A DNA stretch of 20,000 nt from Asterionella formosa (Eukaryota), in the NCBI GenBank assembly GCA_002256025.1, contig NKIB01012442.1, positions 58,781 through 78,780 of the forward strand, read 5' to 3'. Under the pieces are notes generated by a model. It did not search any database, had not been told where the DNA came from, and saw only the letters and a list, made by a program, of their open reading frames with translations. Each line of letters opens with the position of its first letter. The first letter of the stretch is position 1. The position numbers and the translations under genes were made by a program. Of this stretch, positions 11,265 to 20,000 are shown in pieces.

Positions 11265-12109
11265 GATGCTCGCGTTCTTCGATGTGTTGTATAGTAACGG
11301 TATGATGGAGATTTGATTGCTGTTTACTATCCCGGATGATCTGTTCTATGAATCCGTGCAGTATGTTTAACAACAGCATGTATTGACTAAGATATGACTA
11401 ATAATAATACTTTAGACTAGACTACCGGTAGTGGTAAATTCACGGAGTATACCTGAGTGTACCGTAAAACCTGGTTTCTTGTACTCCCTGTTCATTAATT
11501 AAAGGCCCGCTCGCTCCAAGAACTCTGTAGAAGCAATATGCACTTTCTACATGAGACGATACCGGCGACAGATGCGTTGATTAGATTACCGCTAGTATAT
11601 TCAATAGCGATACATGTGCATAGATTAGGGCTATTGATTTTCTTTGGCCAGCGTACCGGTACTGACCTGTGTTTCTTCTGTGTGAAATAAGAGCAATTAC
11701 TAGCAAGGAGAAAAACCTAATAAAGTACCGGTAACGAACATGCGTACCAGAACAAAAAATATTTCGTACTAAAGACGTCCAAATAATATAGCTAACGTTT
11801 TGTGCAGTCCCGGATTTTTGGCGAGCTGGTCATGCATGTCGACGGTCTCATCAGCCTCCCTTTCGGGTTAGCGAAACGAGCAATCGGCGATGTATTGTCG
11901 CTGTACTGCTGTTAAATTCTTCTAGTTACCGGTATGTCTATTGACTAGCGAAGGGTCATCGTAAGGGGGGGGGCGTCTGAAAATAAAAATATCGTGCTTA
12001 TAAGATCGGGGGTATCATACGATAACTGGCATAGAATTCTTCTATGCATGATACATATCTCGTTACATGTATGATAAATTCATACTATGAAAGTGAACAG
12101 GCTATGCTT

Positions 12110-13035
12110 AGGGTCGTTCTTATCATTCCGAATTTGCTGTTTCATTTCCGGGTTGCGGGCAAAAAGTGACGGTTGGTATCAAAACACGGTATCAGCAACG
12201 GTAACTTGATGGTATCAATTTTGTATCATTGATACAAAATTGATACCTTTTTTTGCCCCCTCCAAAAACGGTATCAGTGATACTGACGTTTTCACGCGGG
12301 TATCATTTCCGTTGTCACTAATAAAATAACCGAAAATAAGCCTGCAAGGCAAGGCACCAGTGATAATATAAATGGCATATACTATTCCTTCAATTTTATG
12401 CTGGCTGCGTACATCGTCCAAGCAACACCATTGATACAATTATACAGCACCAGACAGAAAGTTATACTTGGCGATCTTATAACTCCCAAGTGTTTTTGTG
12501 TATTTGTTACTACAGATCAGTCATTTGAATCTCCCTGAAGATACTACAAGCAAGGCAAATGGAACCGCATAGTATGGAACCAGTCACACAAACGCAAACA
12601 ACAACTGTTGATGTGGAGACCACTGTATGTCAAGATCGACCCACCACCTTCAACGATACAATGCAGTCTCTTGCTACAGATACTGAAGTCGATCGATTTG
12701 TTGACTCCCTCATACTTCCTGATGACTTTGTGCTTGATAGTGAAAGGACAAAGGTGATTTTCATCAAAGGTGTTGCAATGAAGCAGATCTCGGTCAAGGT
12801 TCTCCGAAAAATTTGCGTCAGATACAAAGTTTCTGGATACAAAAATGCGAAGAAGGCTTTCACTGTTGCTTTGATTGCTCGACTTTTGAAGAGAGAAAGC
12901 TTGTCACAGAGGATATACCCTAGATCTTTCATTGTCAATGAATCAGACATTGAATTGGATAGTGATAATGATAATCACGAAGATTCATCAATTAATGATG
13001 AGGAATTCAAAGTCGAAAATGATAAGAACGACCCT
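12110..13035. mobile_element. Putative non-autonomous TIR DNA transposon (possibly PIF/Harbinger-like) with subterminal GTATCA repeats
   Basis: AGGGTCGTTCTTATCATT (12110-12127) is the exact reverse complement of AATGATAAGAACGACCCT (13018-13035), extending imperfectly to ~27 bp. If the ends are GGG..CCC, the flanks are TTA/TCA. GTATCA motifs extend beyond both IRs, so the true boundaries are uncertain. Confidence 0.55.
12211..12247. repeat. Perfect 37-bp palindrome (18-bp arms, 1-nt spacer)
   Basis: GGTATCAATTTTGTATCA-T-TGATACAAAATTGATACC. Confidence 0.95.
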
Positions 13036-13128
13036 CAACAAGAACAGAAAGAAAAAAACGAGAAGAGAAAAAGAAAAATGAGACTAAGTTTCGTTCTCTT
13101 ATTTTCGATTTGGTATCATTTTTTTTGA
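12559..13128 (+). CDS. Hypothetical, probably transposon-derived protein (189 aa) with a basic helical, putative DNA-binding segment; likely truncated
   Basis: ATG-initiated ORF with basic segment IKGVAMKQISVKVLRKICVRYKVSGYKNAKKAFTVALIA followed by an acidic tract. It reads through the right inverted repeat into low-complexity purine-rich sequence. Confidence 0.5.
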   Translation: MEPHSMEPVTQTQTTTVDVETTVCQDRPTTFNDTMQSLATDTEVDRFVDSLILPDDFVLDSERTKVIFIKGVAMKQISVKVLRKICVRYKVSGYKNAKKAFTVALIARLLKRESLSQRIYPRSFIVNESDIELDSDNDNHEDSSINDEEFKVENDKNDPQQEQKEKNEKRKRKMRLSFVLLFSIWYHFF

Positions 13129-13377
13129 AAAAGTATCATGTAACGGATACTCGATTTAAACCGAAAAAATCCATTCTCCACAAAAATAAAAATGAAATTG
13201 TATCAGCAAAAAGTATCACGAAAATTCAACGGTTACGGGCTGGCTACAAACATGTGCTTTTCCTTCCTGACTACCGGTACATAATGATACCAAACCAGTC
13301 CTCAAACCATGCAAGAAATCTACGCGAATTATGTATATGGACTACTATAGTCAATTGTGTTTGCACATGTATTTGTT

Positions 13378-13530
13378 GTAGTCACGTGATGATTTTCGTA
13401 TTCTATTGCCTAGTACGGGCTGGACGAGTGATAGTAGAATGTACCTGTAGTGACAGCCAAAGCCAAAGTATTTGCACAGCTAGTATACGTCGTAGTCACG
13501 TGATCATTTTCGTATTCTATTGCCTAGTAC
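13378..13530 (+). repeat. 39-bp direct repeat (13378-13416 and 13492-13530), each copy containing CACGTG
   Basis: GTAGTCACGTGAT(G/C)ATTTTCGTATTCTATTGCCTAGTAC, 38/39 identical; both copies have TTTGCACA shortly upstream. Confidence 0.9.
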
Positions 13531-13673
13531 CTTGTCATGAATTCCCGGACCAGGTACCTGTAATTAGATAGCGGGTATGTCTCTATGCACATGACTCAAT
13601 CTGTTCAATTCTCGACTCAGTGGTTTTCGTTCTTTGGTGTTGTGCCTGAACATTACCACACACGGCCACTATA

Positions 13674-14870
13674 ATGGCGGCTCCAAACCTAACTCGAACA
13701 GCGAACCGCCATGGGAATTCCGCCAATTCCTGGCAAGTGAGCATTTGGATATTCATCTTAACGAACTTGCTGATCGTTCAAGTTAATTTTCGACGAAATC
13801 CTCGTGAAAAGTATTTGAGGACTTTTGATAGTTCTGACTATTCCTCGACTGTTACGACACCAATAGGCAGTTCGATCTTGATTGGATATCCACTTGTTCC
13901 CAATGAAGGCAAAGCAGTGGCTCTTCCGAGCATTCGAATAAATCAAATGGAAGAAAGAAACAATCCAAAACGAGACGGTTACGGTGGCCAAGGAGATAAG
14001 AAGCATTTGGGTGGATTTACCGACATTGATTTCTCGGGAATTTCGCCAGCAACTTGGAACTTTATGATTACTTTTTTCGGGATAAAATCTGTGATGGATG
14101 TTGGGTGTGGAAGGGGCATCAGTAGCGCTTGGTTTTTCTTCCATGGGGTGGATACATTGTGTTTGGAGGGAAGTCATGATGCTGTACTCAAGACCGTTTT
14201 GCCACATCCAGCGAAACAAATTGTTGAGCATGATTTTTCAAGAGGTCCGTGGTGGCCGACAGATACTTACGATGCTGTCTGGTGTGTGGAGTTTTTGGAA
14301 CATGTGGGGAGAAACTATCACCACAATTATTTTTCCGCCTTTCGCAAGTCGGCTTTAATTTTCGCAACACATAGCAATTGGGGCGGATGGCACCATGTCG
14401 AAGTTCATAATGATGACTGGTGAGTTTTGAATTATTGAAAGTTGCGGGGTTATAATTTTCTCTTTGTGGTCGTGGTTAGCTCTTGTGCCCTCACTCACAA
14501 TTATCTTTGGGGGAATAGGTGGATTACAAAGTTTGAAATGTACGGATTCGTGTACAGCGAAGCATGGACCAATGCCACCCGGAAGGTTGCCATTGATGAA
14601 GCATATGAAAAGAAAGGATATCATGCCCAGCATGTGGAGACAGCCATGCTAGTCTTCATCAATCCTGCTGTGGCGGTCCTTCCTCAACATGCACATTTAT
14701 TGGCTGGTCCGGGATGTTTCGACAAACGAGAAAAAACAATTATTATAAACAAAGAATGTGATGAAAAGAAAGAAAGCAAACCACCTCCACAATTTGATCC
14801 TCTGATATTGACAGAGGAACAAGACAAGACATGGGATGATTTGGTCAGAAAACATTCAAAAATGAATTAA
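13674..14870 (+). CDS. Class I SAM-dependent methyltransferase with N-terminal signal anchor, ~365 aa, 2 exons
   Basis: Exons 13674-14419 and 14519-14870; intron GTGAGT..AATAG joins HNDDW/WITKFEMYGF. Hydrophobic segment WQVSIWIFILTNLLIVQV; SAM motif I SVMDVGCGRG; YDAVWCVEFLEHV; GGWHHVEV. Confidence 0.85.
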
Positions 14871-15026
14871 TGTTTTCCTATATCTGCATGTGATGTTACT
14901 AATACAAGACACGTCTTGTGTCAGTTATCCTTCAGTGTTTTTCAACTAATACATATATATTATTTAGTAGCAGAAATGCTACGTTACTCACAAATGCTTA
15001 CTTGTTTAAATGTTGGATCAATTTTT

Positions 15027-18000
15027 TTACTTCGTCAAGAGATGTTCCCCAGCGGTACGAGCGTTGATATCACCAATATCCTTGTGTGCATCCGTCCAGG
15101 CGGTGTGGTGGGAACCAGGCATGTCCGTACGCTCATAGGTATGCCCGCCAAAGAAGTCACGTTGTGCTTGAGTCAAATTAGCAGGAAGACGGCCACGTCG
15201 GTAAGTATCAAAGTAAGTCAGGGAACCACAGAGGGCAGGGCAAGATATTCCTGAGGTCACGCAGAGCGATATGATTCGACGCCAAGCCGTCGATCTCATA
15301 TTGAGGTGGGCAGCAAAGAAAGGGTCGACCAAAAGATTGGGTAGAGCAGGGTTCTCCGAAAAAGCAAGGTGGATACGATCAAGCAGCTCGGCACGAATGA
15401 TGCAGCCCCCCATCCATAAACGAGCGCATTCAGAGAGGTCAACATTCCATCCAAAATCATCAGACGCAGCTTTGATGAGACTCAAGCCCTGTGCGTAAGA
15501 GCATACTTTGGAAGCGTACAAAGCTGCACGCAGATCCTCGATGACCTGTTTCTTGTCAACCGAGGTCGTGATAGGACCGCATAGGACCTTTGAGGCCGCG
15601 ACTCGTTCGTCCTTGCGCCCACTCAACATGCGAGCATCAAGGGAAGCTGCCATAGTAGGGACAGCAACCGCGCGTTCGGCTCCTTCTTGAATAGTCCACT
15701 TTCCAGTTCCTTTCATTCCAGTCTTGTCGAGAACATAGTCAACGACGTGTCCAATGCCCGTCACGTCGTCCCTCTTTCGAAGAATCTTATAGGTGATCTC
15801 AATGAGGTATGAAGAAAGTTCGCCCTTGTTCCATTGCTCAAAGAGATCGGCCATCTCGTCATTGCCCATGCCACAAACATTCTGCCAAAATGCACGCCTC
15901 GTTAGCCAAAGTGTAGAAACGAAAAAGTCCGAGCTATGGCATCAACTTACCGTGAGTACATCATAGACTTCGGCAATCAATTGCATATCACCATATTCGA
16001 CACCGTTGTGGACCATCTTAACATAGTTTCCACTTCCCACCGGTCCAAGGTATCCAGCACACGCACCCGTGCGCTCCACCTGCGCAGCACACTTGGTAAG
16101 AATAGGCTCCACCATATCGTAAGCTTCTTTTGGGCCACCAGGCATGAGAGAGGGTCCGTGGCGAGCACCTTCTTCCCCGCCAGAGATTCCCATTCCAATA
16201 AAGTGAATGCCCTGTGATTCCAGGAACTTTGCACGACGAATCGAGTTGGGGAACCACTCGTTTCCTCCATCAATTATCAAGTCGCCCTCTTCCATGTAGG
16301 CAGCAAGGTGGGAGATGGTGTCGTCAACAGGCTTGCCGGCCTGGACGAGTATGATGACCTTACGGGGCTTTTTCAGTTGTGCCACAAAATGCCCTACATT
16401 GTCGGAGCCAATCAAGGGAAGATTTCCTTCAGCCTTGGCACGCGCGACTGTCTGTACCACCTTTTCGGTTGATCTGTTTCCTACACAGACTTTGAAACCA
16501 TGTGACGCAATGTTGAGGGCAAAGTTCTGTCCCATGACAGCCAACCCCCAAAGGCCGATATCTGCTTTGTCTTCATCCGAAATAATGATACCATTATCCG
16601 GCTTTATCACGGAAGGACGTCTATTGGATCCTTCAGTCTTGCGAGCGAAACCACCTTCGTAGAACACATAATCTTCGTTGCGCTTGTATCCACACACATT
16701 CGTGATGTAATCATCCGCTTCCTTTGGACCACGCGAGCCCTGTGGGTACATGATTGGTTGAATGTTTTCACTTTCAATTTGATGAAGGAGCGGCGTAAAG
16801 ATTTGCCAAGCTCGACGAAGTTCGTCATCACGTACAAAGGCAGCATGCTTGCCCTGCAAGACGTCCAGAATAAGACGGGTGTAGGCGTCTGGGTTGGAAA
16901 TTTCGTCGTTGGCAAAAAAGCGAGTGTCGTAGTTGACTTCGAGCTCGGATTGAATAGGCTTGGCAGCAAACCCTGGAGATTTTACGTTCGTCTTCATGTA
17001 AACGGCTTCGTGAGGTTGTAGGCGCAAAACTAGTTCATTGCGAGGACAGGCCTGGCCAGCGAACAAAAAACGGGCAGCAGGAGCGTCCTTGAACTGAATG
17101 CGCATTTCAGCCTTACGCTCATCCAATGCCTTACCGGCCTTGAGAATAAAAGGCACGCCATGCCAACGTGGTGTGTTAATATACATTCGAACCATCGCAA
17201 ATGTAGCACAATTTGTGTCCTTGTTTAAAATGGTAGGATCATCTGCGTATCCTTCGTACTGACCAAGTATCACATCCTCCAACTTTATTGGAGGAATAGA
17301 ATTCAAGACTGCAACCTTGGAGTCACGAATTGCTTTTCCAGATCCTGGACCATCAACTGTGGTTGGAGCTTCCATGGCAAGTAGAGTCAAGATTTGGAGC
17401 AAGTGATTCTGAAGGATATCACGAATGATACCGTACTGGTCAAAGTATCCACCACGTCCTTCGGTTCCAAATGGTTCCTTGAAGGTCAAAATTACACATT
17501 GAATATCGTTCGCGCTGTTGAAGATTTGGTGGAGCAGTAAGTACACGTTGATGATGCATCGTCCAACCGGTCGCCTATTCGGTACTCACTTCCAGACACG
17601 CTCGAACCAGGCATTGGAAAATCGTAAGACTGTCAAGTTCTGGACCATTTCCTTTCCAAGGAAGTGATCAATTCTATAAATGTGATCTTCAGTGAAGTGC
17701 TCGGCGAGAGTGCGGTTGAGCTCTTCAAACGAATCCAAGCTTACAGTGGGAAATGCAAAGAGAAGAGGTGAGCGTCGTGTTTCGTTTCACAAAATGTTTT
17801 GAGTGATGAAACTCACTCTCTACCAAATGGCTTTTCAACAATCATCCGAGTAAATCCCTTGTTGTCATCTTGCATGCAAGTCCGCTTAATTGCAATCCCA
17901 GTCTCGGCGAAGACATTTGGAGGAATAGCAAAGTAAAACAAACGATTGAACTTTTCATTTTCAGGATGCTCCGCTTCAAACGCGTCAATACTATGCTTGA

Positions 18001-18349
18001 GTTCGCCAAAAGCATCTTCATCGCCGTATTTCTCGCCTCCTTGATACCGACAGATTTGCAAAAACGATTCGACGACTGCTTCAGAATGCTTTTCCTTGAG
18101 TAGGTATGGACGGAGACGATCACGCAAATCATCATCAGTGAGTCTTGATCGAGCATATCCCCAAATGAGGGTATCTTTGGGCAAGAGGTTGTCATCATAG
18201 AGACTAAGCAGCGATGGATATGTTTTCTTCTTGGCAAGATCCCCGGATGCACCAACAACAACGATAGAAAGGGTCGCCGATGTTAACCAAATCATGTCGT
18301 CGGCGGATTCATTATCCACTGGTGAGAGATTCACAACTTTTGATGCCAT
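15027..18349 (-). CDS. G6PD-PGD: Fused glucose-6-phosphate dehydrogenase::6-phosphogluconate dehydrogenase (decarboxylating), ~1033 aa, 4 exons
   Basis: Exons 18349-17817, 17739-17590, 17514-15951, 15881-15027 (sum 3102 nt). G6PDH motifs: [39 protein letters not shown]. 6PGDH motifs: [64 protein letters not shown]. The junction lies inside exon 3 with no stop. Confidence 0.95.
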
Positions 18350-18782
18350 GGTGAGGAGTCGGTACGATGATGATTGGGTGGATGGAATAGGTTTCAATTT
18401 CTTCACTGCTGTGAATTTATGTTAGCCTGTGATATTCTTACGAGCGAAGATCGAGAACACAGTCGTAATTTAAGTCAATATGTTAGTAAATAATTTGTAT
18501 GACACGAAAGATCATTCCGATCTTTGGAGATCCTAACAAATAAGGACGAATCTTTCTGGTACCATACCTGGTAACCAGGTAAGCACATTTCAGTCATATA
18601 TGCCGGTATATTTAATCATACATGCGTCTCCTGTGAAATACTGGTGCTGTAAGTAATACCGGTACTCACCAAAGAATACATAGGTACCAGGTAGTCTACG
18701 GGTACCCCTATACCCCTAGTGGTACCAGGTACTTTGGTAAACGTGGTACCAGGTGAAGTATCTAACTAGAAGTAGTAGTATT

Positions 18783-18948
18783 TGTTGAATATATGAGCTT
18801 ATTAATTAATCCTTATGTATAACTCATTTCCTGAACTGACATCAAAGTATAGAATGGGTGTTAGTCGAGTTCTCTCATTATTGAATTCCGATATATTTGA
18901 CATAACCCCAACTCTATATATATCTGTATCGATGTGCAGGATTGCTCA
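18783..18948 (-). repeat. Putative 3' LTR (~166 bp) of the Gypsy element, preceded by a polypurine tract
   Basis: On the minus strand, the integrase stop is followed by purine tract GGGAGAG (18955-18949) and then TGAGCA...TCAACA (TG..CA ends). The partner LTR lies outside the window. Confidence 0.55.
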
Positions 18949-18974
18949 CTCTCCCACACTTGAGGGAAAACCTT

Positions 18975-20000
18975 TTACCTATGAAAAGGTTTGATACGAC
19001 GAATATTAATTCGTTCGGTAATATGCATAGTGCGTTGAAAAGTAACTGTACCATTGGCATGTACTTGAATAATAGTATAAGGACCTCGTCCACGATCATC
19101 CAAAGTAGTAGGATTATCCAATAATATTAAAATCTCGTCACCCACTTTGTAATCATAAGATCGACGACGGAAATTTGCACGACGTAAACGTTCGTCAATT
19201 ATCACCTGTCGACGTTGATGTATTAATTGTAAATCTGTAATCAAAGGAATATTTAATATCATATCACGTTGGAAAACCCATGCTCCTGGTGAAATACGTA
19301 ATATACTATGAATAGTAGCTCGAGCTGCATATGACGCAGCTGCAAAACATGTATCCACAATATTTTGGGCTTGAAATTCATTGATTGGAGGATGAGCCTT
19401 TAACATAACTCGTAGACTATTGCTGATAGATTGATGGAAACGTTCACAGATAGCATTTGCTTGTGGATTCTTTACTGTGGTAGTCACATCTTTGATTCCA
19501 TTCAATACTAACATGTGTAAGAAAGGAGCACCAGTAAATTCACCTCCATTGTCATGTATACAACGTTCTGGACGGGGATATCTGGCTAACCAATCATTTT
19601 CAAATTTCATTGCAATATATTCTGATGTTTTATTGATGATACGTGAAATTTCTGCTAAATTGGTGACTGTGTCAATACAAGTTAGAGCACGAAATTCAAT
19701 CGTTTGAGCAGCCACTGTTATCTTCCATGGACCAATTAGATCTACTGCGACTTCTGACCATGGTAATAATAATGCATTCCTGGGTGGAAGTTCACCAAAA
19801 CCAGTACCAGGTAATTTTGTACGTTGACATGCTTCACATACTCTTACAATATGTTCCACTCTTGTTTTTAATATAGGGTGATAAAAATGTGTAGCAATTG
19901 TAGCATTTAATCTTGTCATACCCACATGAGCTAACATCTGATGATACCAATTAATAATAGGATCCAATAATGATGTAGGAATAGCAATACGCCAAGTATC
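18975..20000 (-). CDS. Retrotransposon pol C-terminus: integrase (H2C2 zinc finger + rve DDE core); 5'-partial
   Basis: HHCC: WYHQMLAHVG...CEACQ. DDE: AVDLIGP, HDNGGEF, NPQANAICERFH. C-terminal GPYTIIQVHANGTV...INIRRIKPF. The frame stays open to the window edge. Confidence 0.92.
   Translation of the reverse strand, partial: DTWRIAIPTSLLDPIINWYHQMLAHVGMTRLNATIATHFYHPILKTRVEHIVRVCEACQRTKLPGTGFGELPPRNALLLPWSEVAVDLIGPWKITVAAQTIEFRALTCIDTVTNLAEISRIINKTSEYIAMKFENDWLARYPRPERCIHDNGGEFTGAPFLHMLVLNGIKDVTTTVKNPQANAICERFHQSISNSLRVMLKAHPPINEFQAQNIVDTCFAAASYAARATIHSILRISPGAWVFQRDMILNIPLITDLQLIHQRRQVIIDERLRRANFRRRSYDYKVGDEILILLDNPTTLDDRGRGPYTIIQVHANGTVTFQRTMHITERINIRRIKPFHR

Larger units (their letters stand above)
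18783..20000 (-). mobile_element. Ty3/Gypsy LTR retrotransposon, 3' end
   Basis: Integrase is the last pol domain, followed directly by PPT and LTR, which is the Gypsy order. AT-rich relative to the host genes. Confidence 0.85.

Noticed and set aside
11503..11580. GGCCCGCTCGCTCCAAG as a tRNA-like 5' end
   Set aside because: No T-arm (GTTCRA) or acceptor-stem complement found downstream.
13110..13571. 153-aa ORF with an internal repeat (SHVxIFVFYCLV twice)
   Set aside because: Non-ATG start; the peptide repeat simply reflects the 39-bp DNA duplication in the promoter region.
13674..14870. Methyltransferase as the N-alpha-methylase making ovothiol B/C in a cluster with ovoA
   Set aside because: It has a secretory-type membrane anchor, lies 8 kb away behind unrelated genes, and nothing in the sequence indicates its substrate.
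18350..18406. N-terminal extension MKKLKPIPSTQSSSYRLLT of G6PDH as a targeting peptide
   Set aside because: It starts at GTG; the first ATG is at 18349 in good context (ACCATGG), consistent with a cytosolic enzyme.
14916..18425. Numerous plus-strand and alternate-frame ORFs overlapping the G6PDH::6PGDH gene (likewise those over ovoA and copine)
   Set aside because: Antisense or shadow frames of well-supported coding exons.

Overview
Eukaryotic, intron-containing DNA whose gene content (G6PDH-6PGDH fusion, OvoA, short GT-AG introns) points to a diatom or related stramenopile; this is an inference. Five cellular genes can be reconstructed by hand. (1) A 3-exon ovothiol synthase ovoA (2212-5464, +) with a transit-peptide-like N-terminal extension. 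(2) A coiled-coil + START-like domain protein (6741-8699, +). (3) A 5-exon copine (9152-11264, -). (4) A 2-exon membrane-anchored SAM methyltransferase (13674-14870, +). (5) A 4-exon G6PDH::6PGDH fusion (15027-18349, -) with an RIDHFLGKE variant of the active-site motif. The spacers hold several mobile elements: a TA-flanked Tc1/mariner-like MITE inside a 20-bp minisatellite (25-600), two ~90-bp hairpin MITE-like copies bracketing ovoA, and the 3' end of a Ty3/Gypsy retrotransposon at the right edge. There is also an unclassified element (~12010-13290) with 18-bp inverted repeats, a 37-bp palindrome, about 17 GTATCA motifs and a small putative DNA-binding ORF. Most intergenic spacers are rich in GGTACC/TACCGGTA words.
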